Source: Podarcis muralis (lineage: Eukaryota). From it: DNA of 64,000 nt. The notes beneath the pieces are model-generated. The model did no database searches. It was not told the DNA's origin and worked only from the letters and a program-made list of their open reading frames with translations. Both the position numbers and the translations under genes were made by a program. Positions 12,414 through 23,578 of this stretch are shown here, one piece after another (position 1 is the stretch's first letter; each line of letters starts with the position of its first letter). The stretch spans positions 34,658,001 to 34,722,000 of the forward strand of contig NC_135664.1 in assembly GCF_964188315.1 (NCBI RefSeq), read 5' to 3'.

Positions 12414-14464
12414 TTATTTCTACCCCGTCCATCTGGCTGGGATTCCCCAGCCACTCTGGGTGGCTTCCAACAAAAGATTAAAAATACATTAAAACATCAG
12501 TCATTAAAAACTTCCCTAAACAGGGCTGCCTTCAGATGTCTTCTAAACGTCAGATAGTTGTTAATTCCTCTGACATCTGATGGGAGGACATTCCACAGGG
12601 CATACGTCACTACTGAGAGGGCCCTCTGCCTGGGTCCCTGTAACGTCACCTCTCGCAGTGAGCGAATCTTGTCTTGTTTCTGCTTTGAGTCAGAACAGAG
12701 ACTGTTCTAAAAGCTATGTGCAGAGGCATCATTATCATCACCTTTTCCTGCATTGTTCCAAAGTTGTTTGGGAGTGGGGCATGGCAGTGTCATTATCATT
12801 ACGCACATGACTGAACAAATCCCAGTTCTGTACAACTACGTGGATCATAAATTCTCTTGCTTACTAATCCCAGTTCTGTACAACTACGTGAATCATAAAT
12901 TCTCTTGCTTACTAATAGTTACCTTTAAGAACTTGTATAAAGCAAATACACCCACACCAACAGCATACAAGGGCATGAGTGTTAAAGCAAAGTCTTTGCC
13001 ATTCCCTCTAGTCCGCTCAGTCTTCATCTCCTTCTCCATTGCATTTCTCATTTGTTGGATGCTTTGGTATGTTTTGCTTTCAGAACCCTCTGAATTCATC
13101 TGTGACTGCAAGATTCTCTCAGATCCACCTGAAAAACAAATAATACATACATACATGTAATACATACATGCACATACAAACAGACTGAAATAAAAAAAAT
13201 GAGAAGCACTCAAGTCTGTGAAGAAGAGAATTGTTCTGCAGCATGGTGAAATCAGCTTCACTGTGGAAAGCAAATCCAGGTACAGTCTCAATGCGATAGT
13301 GTGAGATTGGCTGATGCTAATGAACATGACAAGAGGCTTCTCCACTCCACACTTAAAATTAGCCCCTCTTAAAAACTCTTATGAGTCTCCTCTTTGCAGA
13401 TGGAGCTCTGCGGTCACATCAGACACAGGAATTGGCTGGGAATGTTTTATTTTTATTTTGTGCTATATGTTGACATTTTGTTTGATTTTATGTCTTGCTG
13501 GAGCTTGAAAGACTGCTATACTTTAGCCATCTTACAATGGAAAAGCAACATTAAAGTATGAACAAATAAAGCAAGTTATGAGCAACATTCAGTTAAAGCA
13601 CAAAACACATTCCCCATTCCCCACAGCTTTGACACACTGGCAGAGTAACAAGAGAAGTATGGAGCCTACTAGTATATTAAAGGGGGGGATTAGGATAGCT
13701 TAAATCTGAACTAAGGAGACATACCTAATGCTGCTATAGGAATGGCTGAAATTTTAATTTCTAATTTTCTTGATGGATTTTAGGCCAAAAGGAAGTTAGC
13801 CAGGTTTCCCCCTTGAAAATATTTATCTTCCAAGACTTTATCAATTTTAAGAGCATAGAAACAAAAGTGGGTTTTTCCTCATTCTGCCCTAGAAGTTATC
13901 TTTCCCAGTATGCATAAAAGGCAGAAAACGCCAGTTTTTCACATTCCTTGGGACTAATTCAATACTACAACTCAAAATATTATTATTCAAAAAAGAAAAA
14001 GAAGAATTAATGGGTTAAAGGGGGAAGACAACATCCAAAAGTTGGAACTGTTTCGTAGCACACTAATAACATAAGTGACACCGATGACGGTTAATGGCCA
14101 GCATCACCTTTCTCCTCCAGTATCACCCATACCATTGCGGCAAAAAAAAAAATTTTAATGGGGGCGGGACTTAAGGGAGATTGCTTGGGAAAAGGATCCT
14201 CTTGGAAAAAAACAAAACACAGTTCGCTAACTAGTCTAATGAAGCTCCCTCGTTTCCCTCTATAACCGGACTGCAGGGATGGGAAGGGGAAGGTGGCCGA
14301 CACCATATACCGTGGCGCTGCTGATGAGGATCGTGGCGACCCGGGGAGGCCTTGGTCCCCCGCGGGGACCTGCCGCTTCCGCCGAACATCCTCGGCATCA
14401 CCACGAAAACGCAGAGCACCAGCAAGACGGAGATGAACACCTGCTGCACCGACGACAGCACCAT
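8061..14464 (-). CDS. CCDC107: CCDC107/RIC3-family ER membrane coiled-coil protein, 6 exons, 305 aa
   Basis: Exons 14464-14311, 13128-12923, 11448-11382, 10714-10624, 9574-9465 and 8350-8061 (918 nt, in phase, strong Kozak gccgccATGG). Motifs: MVLSSVQQVFISVLLVLCVFVVMPRMF (signal/TM, RIC3-like), LMPLYAVGVGVFALYKFLK (TM), QLEQHLAQTEKMLNSLLNQLDPL (close to human CCDC107 QLTQQLAQTEQHLNNLMAQLDPL) and a C-terminal GLRRR. The gene model is solid; the symbol is less certain (could be a paralogue). Confidence 0.85.
8738..8935. mobile_element. hAT-type MITE
   Basis: TIR CAGAGCTTTCCAAAC/GTTTGGAAAGTTCTG and 8-bp TSD CCTTATGT. A related partial copy lies at 45938-46134. Confidence 0.85.
10013..10238. mobile_element. 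Tc1/mariner (Tigger/pogo-type) MITE
   Basis: TA TSD and TIR CAGTGGTACCTCGGGTTA. Confidence 0.85.
12374..12660 (-). mobile_element. L2-type LINE 3' end with (AAT)n tail
   Basis: (AAT)13 followed by TTTCTACCCCG..CTGGGTGGCTTCCAAC..GGGCTGCCTTCAGATGTCTTCTAAA..ACATTCCACAGGG, recognised from memory as a squamate L2 3' end. Confidence 0.6.
12818..12913. repeat. 48-bp tandem duplication (2 copies, 1 mismatch) next to the CCDC107-like exon 2 donor
   Basis: AATCCCAGTTCTGTACAACTACGTG(G/A)ATCATAAATTCTCTTGCTTACT x2. Confidence 0.9.
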
Positions 14465-14479
14465 GGCGGCAGCGGGGAA

Positions 14480-15075
14480 AGGAACAGCAAGAACGGCAGC
14501 AGCGGAGGAAACGACCAAAAGGAGAAGCGGAGGGCGGCAAACGGCCCTTGGCCAGCCGGGAATCGTCGAACGGCTCGTGTAACGGTGGCAAGACGCCTGG
14601 GGAGAGCGAGAGTCAGCAGCGCAGGAGAGAGGGAAGTTGGGAGAGGAAACCCTTAACGTGGGAAGGGCGACTTCCGGACCCGCGCCGCCTCCGCTTTTCC
14701 TTTCTAGCGCCCCCTTTCGGGCTCCAGGCGACACGGGAAACCAAAGCGCCTTTTGCCTTCGTGACGCTCTTCATAGGAAATTAGAGAGCGATGTTAGCTA
14801 GTTGAACTCGGGCTAGACCCATTGACGCTAATGGGCCTATCGGCTCTCTGAGGAAAACTTAGCGGAGGGAAAACCCGCGCGGCTTCTGCCGGTTGCCTAT
14901 ATAGAAACGGCGCCCCGAAGTGGCCAGAGCCTCCGCCTCCTCCTCCTCCTCCTGAGGGCGGGAATACATCGTCCCGAGGCGGCTTGGGGGGCGGAGCCAG
15001 GAGGCGGAGACCGTTAGGGCAACGGTCGCTGCGCGCTCCGCCCGGCCCGCGCGTTCCTGTCAGGGCGCGGCGGCC
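14480..15075. promoter_or_regulatory. Bidirectional CpG-island promoter shared by CCDC107-like (-) and GLIPR1L2-like copy 1 (+)
   Basis: The two ATGs (14464 and 15076) are 611 bp apart head-to-head in one CpG island. It contains GC boxes, an ETS-like CTTCCGG, a TATA-like CTATATAG near 14897 and CCGTTAGGGCAACGG at 15011-15025. Confidence 0.7.
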
Positions 15076-18000
15076 ATGAGGCGGTTGTGGCCGTGGCTCG
15101 TCTTGGGGCTGGTCGTCCCCGAGGAGGAGCCCGTCAAGAAGAACTTCCAACCCTACCCCCAGATTACTAACCAGAACTTTATCCGTCAGTACGTGGACGC
15201 CCACAACAACTTCCGCACCAAAGTCCAGCCCACCGCTTCCAACATGCTGTACATGGTGTGTCCCCGGCGTGGGGTGGAAGGAGGAAAGGGAGCCGTGGGC
15301 TTAGCTGGGGTGGGGTGTGGGTGTGCAGGTAGCGGGCAGTGCTGGATCTACCTATAAGCGAAACAAGCTATAGCAAGCATAGGCAAACTCGGCCCTTCGG
15401 ATGCTTTGGGACTACAACTCCCATCATCCCTAGCTAACAGGAGCAGTGGCCAGGGATTATGGGAGTTGTAGTCCCAAAAAAACATCTGGAGGGCCAAGTT
15501 TGCCTATGCCTGAGCTATAGCTTAGGGCCCTGCTCTCTTGGGGGCCCCAAAAAAAATTAAAGGGGGAAAAACATTTCCAAAATATATGATAAAAAACAAA
15601 ATAAAACCTACATCCAGCAACAGTGTTTTGTGTTGTGTAGGCTCCTATGATGTAATGCACCTGCTAGCCTGCTCCCTAAAATATCACTGGTTTTAGAAAC
15701 TTACTAGGTCCATAAATTACCATATAGCATCAAAAAAACAGCGACAATTTGCTGTTGACAAAGGACAGCTGGACATATAAACAGCCCCATTACCTTCGGT
15801 AGCTGAGGGCCTCATCACACCTAAATCCAGCCCTGGGGAAATGTGAATACTTCACTCCGACCAATTGTGCCGCAAATAGCTCGGTTTTGTTCCCCACCAC
15901 CAAAAAAAATAAAGCCTGCCCCTCCCAAAAAATAATTCCTGGCTACACCCATGAAGGGAGCTGAGACAATTTGCAGTGCCACTGGAGAGGCGAACCCCTC
16001 CCCCTGGCTTCTCCTTGGGCCCTAAAAGGGAGAAACTCCCACTGTCATCCACTACATCTTAAGGACAGTCAATGAACATTGGACATTTTTGAGAAGCAAA
16101 CCATGGCTGCCCTACAAGAGGGGTAGTGGGGGTGCCTGCCTCGGGCAGCCAGTGTTGGCTGTATTGAGGGCGGTGAGAGAGTAGCAGAGATGGGTAGAAC
16201 ACAGAAGTGAATAATATCACTGTACTCAAACCTTGGTTTCAACTGCTAATTTCCCACCTGGGCAGGGTCATTGTTTAAAACTGCCATTTTCCTTTGTGCC
16301 CCTCCATCCCTGCTTTATTCAAACCTCTGTCATTTTTCAAACTATTTTCCTCTCAGTTCTCTTCCTCTCCACTTCACTTTAACTTCTGTTTTAAACCACC
16401 AGTTTTCCCATGCCAGGTCATTCATTGGTGATGTGCTCCACCTACCTCACTTTGATTCCAGGATTGTGCTAAGGCACTACAAATCCACCAATGAGGGCTG
16501 TGCCATATGTCTTTTTTTATGTGTAAAGGAAGACATTGTTTGAGAGCTGGGTGGAAAAGGTATTGAAAGTGAAATATACTCAGAGTCGAGCGTGAATTTT
16601 ATGCCCTTTATTCAGCTCGTAGTAGCAATGAATGAAAATTTCCCCAAAACATCTAGCTATATATACATTATTTACACAATGGGCCCCATGTGATTGGCTA
16701 ATTCCAGGCTGCTCCTGTAGGCCAATCAGGTTGCAGATTCACTTCTTCCAGAAGCCTGATTGGCTGCTTCTGCAGGCCAATCAGGTTGCAGATTCACTTC
16801 CACCTGGAGCTGGATTGGGTGGCTCCTGCAGACCAATCAGGCTGCTACATTCTGGATCCTATTGTTCTAGGATTCAGCTCAGTACATAACAGAAAGAAAG
16901 ACTTGTAATCTGAATTTTGACTGAACTGAAAATGTGACATTGTTACATTTACTAGAGCTGCATAACAAAAATAATTAATAGCTGTGTGTGATACTTTTGT
17001 ATTTTGCAGACATTTGATCTCGCTTTAGCTAAAATAGCCAGAGAATGGGGAAAGAAATGCATATTTGAATATAACCCAGTTAATAATATTCACCCTGAAT
17101 ATGCATTTAGGCCGTTTGGAGAAAATATGTACAGGACACCTGCCAGAAGTAAACCATTTGATCCTGCTATTCCTATTTCAGTATTTCATGATGAAGTAAT
17201 ATACTACAACTACAGCAGCAACACATGTGAAATGATATGTAGACATTATCTTCAGGTAAGTTGTATTTTTCACTGGTCAGATTGTCAACCATTTTTGTAT
17301 CTTCAGAAACAGAAGCACCTTAAGGTTAGACATTTTCCTGGCACATGTAAATAATGAATACAGCTCTTAATCAGACACCAAAGATTTAACAGTTATCACC
17401 CCCAAATTAACAGAAATAGTATTCCATTTACATGTCAACCAGGATGATTGAATACTAACATAAAACATAAAGGTACCTTTAGCCAAATGACAATAAAGAG
17501 AGGAGTCTGAAGAGAAACTGAATATTACACAATGTAGTTTATATTATATAATCTACTTTTTTCCAGGTTGTTTGGGCTAATACTTATAAAGTTGGCTGTG
17601 CTGTTATCCGCTGTCGTCAATCACAAGATGGAAGGAGGAATAGTGCGACATTTGTATGCAATTATGGTCCATCGTAAGTTAACGAATGTTAAAGAGATCC
17701 AAACTTGTGTTTACACAAAGTGTTCTAACTTGCAGAATTGCATGAGTATTCACAGTTGAATTAAGGAGCAATCTTAACTGCTCTTTACAGAGCTATAGAA
17801 CCATTGGTGCATCTGCGGTTCTGCCATGCACAATGACTGGGACAGAAAGTACAGGACAGGCATATCACTGTGCCAGCCTCTGCCAGGGTGTAGGTGGCAG
17901 CTCAGTCCCTCCCCACCCATTTAAAACTGCTATCAGTGGGAACCCCACAGGCATCACCCCACTGGCAGCAACCAGAAGGAAGCTGACAGGCCTGTAGGGC

Positions 18001-21000
18001 TGGGCAAAGGTACACCCTTGCCTAATCCAAACCTCCCTAGCCTGGTGTAAAGGAGGTTGGATTGCTTTCTTACTGTATGTATGTATTGCATCTTTTACTG
18101 TTGATTGCAAAGCAAACAGAATACTCAACTGCTGTTTTCCAGCCATTTCTATGATTAACAATTATTTCTGTTATCCAAATGGTTAGAAATACAAAATGTG
18201 ATTAATAAGACATTCACAATTTTAGTTCTATTTCAACTGTAGTTTAAAATTTTATTGCATTGTAAGTACCGTACTCTTCCATGTATAAGACGAAGTTTTT
18301 TTACTCTAAAGTTATGTTCAAAAACTTGCCTCGTCTTATAGAAGGATAGTGAATGGGGTGGACGAGTGATTGGCTGCAGCTGCAAGCAGGAGCATGTCAG
18401 CGACAATTGTTGGCTGCTAGAAGGGCTGCTTTGCATTGGCTGCTGCTTCTCTAATTGGGTTGGTGATTGGCTTCTGCAGCAAACACTGCTGTTGATTGGC
18501 TGTCGCTGCCATGATTGGTGGCTGCTGTTCTGGGACACACGTGATTGCCAGTGGACAGCTTTTCTCAGTCCGGTATGAATTTTTTTTGCTGGGGAAGGGT
18601 CTGTTTGCGATTGGCTGTCGCTGTGGCAAGTGGGCGATTGTCTGCTGCTGGCAATTGTCAGTATCGATGCTGCATGTGAGTGATTTTTGGCACACACCCC
18701 TCCCAGCTGTAAAACTCTGGGCAATCCTTTGCAAAAAAACTCAACAACTCTGAGCCATCTCCCCTCCCCCTCCCATTTTCTTAAATTTGAGTCCCCCAAA
18801 ATAGGAGGCGTCTTATAGACGGGGGAGTCTTATAGACGGAAAAGTACAGTGTGTTGTCTCCCTAGCAGGGAGGAGCCATCAGTCATAGAATGCATCCTTC
18901 CATGAAGAAGCTTCTTGGTTCAGTCCTCAGTATCTCTGCTTAAATAATCATGTACCAGGTGCTGGGGAAATACCTGACATTCCAGGAGAATCACCAAATC
19001 AACTTCATGCACCCTAGAAAGTGGGCTCTGGTCCATGAAAACTTAGACTAAAATAATTTTTTGACAATGGCACTTTTTGTAGTTTCGACTACTACAGGAG
19101 ACCATTTTTTGTGTTTTTAACAGTGTTGTAAGTCACTTGGAGACCTTTAGGTAACAAGCGACTAAAGTTAATAAATAATAATACCAGATACCCTATTGCA
19201 ACTTTACTACACAAACCTTGTAGGGCACCAATCCAACCCCCTACATGATGGCTGCACTCGCTCACAGGTGAACTTCTGGGGCATTATACCTACAGTGAGT
19301 GGGGCCAGAGGCAAAAGAGGGCATGGCAGTAGATGAAACATTTACCTTTGCATAGTAGGCCATGTTCCAGTGACCAAGAGAGACCAAGCAAATAGATCAG
19401 TGTTGCAGAGCCAATACTGGTGACACTGGCACTTTGACAGGGCAGCAGCAAGATTTTGGTTAAATGGGTGCACTAGCAAAAACACCGGATTTACTCCACT
19501 GCTGTTCCCTCACAACCCAATCTTGCCTTTGCTTCATCCTCTTAAGCGGCAGTGATGTCAGTACTGTATCAGAAGGGTAGGTCTGCAGCACCATACTGGT
19601 CACTCCTGCCAGCCATGAAAAGCCAGAGGTCTCTATAACCTGTTCATATCCACACTTCTTAGTCTTTCAGCCAGTGCAAAGCTGGGAGTGTGGCCCAGGC
19701 AGAATTGTAAAAGCCAGGAAAGGATTAGAGGGATGCATTCAGCACCCAGGACTGAGGTTGTCCACTCTTCACAATTTGTTAGCATCTGTAACTTTTATTA
19801 TATTTATCATTGCCTTCGTTTTAATTTTCAGTAACTTTGTGTACTTAATTTGTTATTACTTTAATAAACTTTTGTTCTTCAGGATGGAAGTTGGAATTCA
19901 ACCATATAAACCAGGAAGGCCATGTAGTAAATGCCCAGGAGACAGGTGTCAAAATAGACTCTGTAGTAAGTATAGTGAATGATGCAAATGTTCATGATAA
20001 AGATTATTTAAACCATCAATTATGTTGGTTTTTGAGTTCCATTTGTATCACCTCTAGTAGGACATTCTAATGTGCTTCAGGCATGGAACGCAGGAAAGGC
20101 GAGTAGTGTTCTGGTGTTCACCTCTTTGCTTTGTCCCATGTCAGTTAATCCTTTGGGAAAAGGGGAATAATTGTGCTTTGGTGCACTGTTGCAGTAGAGA
20201 GACAACAGTTGCTTCCTTCCTTAATCTAGGTGATCTAGGTTCTTTTGAGAGGGATCTCATAGGAGGTCAGTGTCTCTGGGTGCTATAGAGTACAAAGCTG
20301 CATTTTCAGTCATTCCTGAAAAGTGGTCCTTAAAATATTGTTGTCAATACTAGTACTGAGCTAGTGTAGAGAAACAAAAGGGAACATTCCATTATACCTA
20401 TTAGTAGTTCTGTTCATGATTCAAGAAATCACATTCAGATATTTTACTGATTAATTGGTGTTCAGGTTTAAAGCTTTACACATGACTATATCTTATAAAA
20501 GTATGTGATTGCAAGGATACATAGAGTGCCTTTTGATTAGAGCAAAAGATAAGTGAGAAAACACAGTGCTCCCTGTTGCTAGCTCATCAAAAATTATTAC
20601 GTATCTGTTGGTTACTGCATATTGCCTGTTATTACCTGTACTTTGCCCATGTCTCTGTGGTTTTGAAAGGTGTCTAATGATTGTGGTGGTAGCCACCACT
20701 GTGTACCTCTGGACAAGGTATTACTGAAAACCAAATAAATTACAGTGGTACCTCAGGATGCTCCCGTTCCGGAGCCCCGTTCACATCCCGAATGGAACGC
20801 AAGATGCAACGGCGCGGGTCACATTTCGCCGCTACCACACATGCGTCATTTTGAGCGTCTGCGCATGCGCGAGCAGTGAAACACGGAAGTAACGCACTCC
20901 GTTACTTCCGGGTTGCCGTGGAGCGCAACTCGAACGGGTTCAACCAGAAGCACATTTAACTCGAGATATGACTGTACCTTCTTCCTTTCAGCTTCCAGAT

Positions 21001-21627
21001 TATAGAAAAAAGGTTATAGGCAGGACAGCAGATAGACTACAGTCTGAGCCTTCAAGTCATCAGTATTGGCGGGCAGTGGCGGTGGCAGAATTTCACTGTA
21101 ATTTTGTTATTAAAATTGGTTACTCACCTTACTCTTAACTTAAAACCTAATAGACTTGGGGTAAGGAGGGGGGCTTTCAACTTACCAGGTATTTATCAAA
21201 TAAATCACTGTACATTTTGGATGCTGAAATTTAATGGAAATGCTTTCACGTTTCCTGTCATATGGCTGAAAATAAAAACTCATAGCAAAATGCTAACATT
21301 TTTAAAGCCTTTTTTCACTTGTTACAACTATTTCCCTTTTGCAGGAAATTCTGAACGCGAAAAAGTAAACAACCGTATGTATTACATTTGTTTTATACTT
21401 TAATTTACTTAAAGAACAAAATTCAAATTCAGTGAAACTTTTTTATTTTTTAAAAAATAGGCTATTCACGATGGCATCCAACCTCTAAATTCAAGTTTAT
21501 ATGTGATGACTTCTGCATCGCTGTTGCAGTTTTAAGGCCATTATTAATGTTTGTAGCATTTGTAGCTGTTTACATCTTAAAACTCCATTATCCAGGTTTA
21601 GTTTTTAATACTAGGGTAGGTTACTGA
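15076..21627 (+). CDS. GLIPR1-like protein 2-like, tandem copy 1 (CAP/SCP domain + C-terminal TM), 270 aa
   Basis: Exons 15076-15255, 17010-17255, 17567-17673, 19883-19965, 21345-21374 and 21461-21627 are in phase with no stops. CAP motifs HNxxR, GEN, HYLQVVW, GCA and FVCNYGP; tail CDDFCIAVAVLRP resembles GLIPR1L2. AATAAA at 21796 and 21831. Confidence 0.92.
15374..15512. mobile_element. hAT-Charlie-type MITE
   Basis: TIR CA(A/G)GCATAGGCAAACT, 8-bp TSD AGCTATAG, internal GACTACAACTCCCATCATCCC hairpin family. Confidence 0.85.
16570..16891 (-). mobile_element. Solo LTR (Gypsy-type)
   Basis: On the minus strand it runs TGTTATGTAC...TATTTCA, with repeated CCAAT boxes, TATATATA and AATAAA. Flanked by 5-bp TSD GAAAG (16565-16569 and 16892-16896). 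Confidence 0.85.
18269..18849. mobile_element. Tc1/mariner-type MITE (CCGTA-TIR family) with internal GATTGGCTG repeats
   Basis: TA-CCGTACTCTTCCATGTATAAGAC...GTCTTATAGACGGAAAAGTACAG. Confidence 0.7.
20743..20974. mobile_element. Tc1/mariner (Tigger-type) MITE
   Basis: TA-CAGTGGTACCTC...GAGATATGACTG-TA with internal palindromes. Confidence 0.7.
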
Positions 21628-21844
21628 GCATATTTACATGAATGATAAAGATTATATTCCTGCATTTTATATTAAAGTAGATTTGCTTTGTTACATTGTT
21701 TCACATGTTATTTTGTGTTTTCTCAAACTGTATAAATTTACCTGTTACATATTAATGTAATATTAAATATTTTTAAACTGGAAAGATAAATTTAAAATAA
21801 AATATATGGTTATCTTGAATATTTTGTACAAATAAAAATTAAGC

Positions 21845-22025
21845 GTATTAAATTGATTGGCATCTGTCTGTCTCAGGAGACAATGAAGCAGTGTGCCTTT
21901 GGGGGTGAGGTCAAGCTGTTGGAAGGTTGCATCACATGCTGTGGCTGTAGAGACCTGTGTGGGAAAGACCAATTTTGTTGCAGCTGGGGCAAATTAAGGC
22001 GTTCAGTTGTGCTGCTGCAGATGCA
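21845..22025 (-). mobile_element. RTE LINE 3' end fragment
   Basis: Reverse-complement similarity to 45290-45440 (TGCATCTGCAGCAGCACAAC..CCCAGCTGCAAC..CTCCTGAGACAGA). Confidence 0.6.
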
Positions 22026-22742
22026 CATACATTTCTCCACTCACTCTTACCTCCAGTTCTATTCAATATGTATTACACTATATGAGGGAGTATTCTGTGG
22101 TGGCTTCCCATCTTTGGAATGTTGTCCCCAAGGAAGCCTGCCTGGAAATTGCATTTAATACCATTTCAGCAACAGGGAATATATTTGTTTTCCCAGGCTT
22201 TCAAAAACTGCTAGTATAAACATTTTAACTTAAAAGAGTTTGATTTTACTGTCTATTTGAATGGGCTGTGGCTGCTTTAGTTGTTTTAACTTTATTATTA
22301 TCAGTTGTTAAATTGAAGGGTTTTTAAAAATAGTTTAGTACTGTTAGCCGCCCTGGGGCCATGAATTTATGTTGAAAGTGCAGGATATAAATTATGTAAA
22401 AAAATTATTCTGTATATAATATCCATAACAAGATGTAAACTCCTTCCACTTAGATCTCCTTATAACAGCACAATTTTGGATGTATATTAAGGTAGATCAA
22501 AAATGCTTTCTCTCTTTTAGCAATGTCTCTTTTCAAAGTCCAGTTTTAAACTTTTAATTTATTTGAATGTGTTTCTCTTGGGGAGGAGTGGAGAGAGAGT
22601 GGAGCACTGGCTATCTTCTAGTCCAGGGTTTCCCAAACTTGGGTCCCCAGCTGTTGTTGGACTACAACTCCCATCATCCTTCCCTACCAGGACCTGTCCT
22701 CAGGGGTAATGGGAGTTGTACATGTTGCACATGTTGACTGAA

Positions 22743-22917
22743 CAACAAATGCTCCCCACACCAAGAACATGAGTATTAAAGCAAAGGATTTGCCATTCCA
22801 CTGCGCTGAGTCTTCAAGTTCAACTCCTCCATTACAATCCTTTTTGGGATGCTTTGGCAGGTTTTCTGTCCGAACTCTCTGAATTCATCTGCGACTGCAG
22901 CATTCTGTCATAGCCAC
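22743..22917 (-). pseudogene. Degenerate duplicate of CCDC107-like exon 2
   Basis: Clear nucleotide similarity to 12930-13128 with the acceptor retained. Translates GGYDRMLQSQMNSESSDRK, then a 1-bp deletion and a stop. Intron similarity continues at ~23380-23430 (vs 13340-13410). Confidence 0.85.
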
Positions 22918-22923
22918 CTGAAA

Positions 22924-22956
<33 letters not shown>

Positions 22957-22964
<8 letters not shown>

Positions 22965-23048
22965 GACCTGATAAGAGTCCAGCTGATGAAGACCAGCACT
23001 GAATATATATGACCTGATAAGAGTCCAGCTGATGAAGACCAGCACTGA
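22957..23048. repeat. 46-bp perfect tandem duplication following (CA)n
   Basis: ATATATATGACCTGATAAGAGTCCAGCTGATGAAGACCAGCACTGA x2; (CA)n at 22927-22957. Confidence 0.9.
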
Positions 23049-23449
23049 AAGCATGACTTAGGCTCAAGTAGCTTCTGAATGGAATTGCTTGGGATTCGCC
23101 AGTCAAGAGTACCCGCTTCCCCCGCAGCATTTCAGCTGAACCACAGTTCAGATGGATTTAACACAACCACAGTAGCCAATCGCATATGTATGGACTGCAA
23201 TGGCGGGGGAGACAGAGAGGAGAGATAGAAAAGGACCCGCAAATGTCCTCTTTAAAAAGAGAGGAGAGCGGGAAGAGGCCCAGTGCACAAACCGGGAAAG
23301 AGAATCGTTCCGGAGATGGAGGTAGAGCCTCGAGAATGGCTGGTGCTGTTTAAAGCAGCAAGAGGTTTCTGAGCTCCGCACTTTAACATCTCGGTGCGAG
23401 TCTCGTCTGTGCAGGTGGAGCTCTGCAGCTGGTGGGGTCACAACCAAGC

Positions 23450-23578
23450 AAAGGAACGGCGGAAGCGTTCTAAGTGGAGGGCGGGGGTTCGGCACGGAGG
23501 CGGGAGGCAGTAGCGCCGCCTGAGGCCGTTAGGAAGCAACGGTCTCTCCGCGCGCGTCCCTAACTCCTCGCCGCAGCC
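23450..23578 (+). promoter_or_regulatory. CpG-island promoter of GLIPR1L2-like copy 2
   Basis: GC/CpG-rich, GC boxes, CCGTTAGGAAGCAACGG at 23526-23542. Confidence 0.55.

Noticed and set aside
14465-15075. RMRP (RNase MRP RNA), which lies head-to-head with human CCDC107
   Set aside because: No RMRP-like sequence recognisable upstream of the CCDC107-like gene on either strand.
14091-15204. Several long overlapping ORFs around CpG-island first exons (also 23438-23719, 33244-33597, 43962-44898)
   Set aside because: GC-rich shadow or antisense frames of the real exon 1 sequences; no homology signal.
22957-23060. CTGATGA...GAAA in the 46-bp tandem repeat as a hammerhead
   Set aside because: No stem II can form between the boxes.
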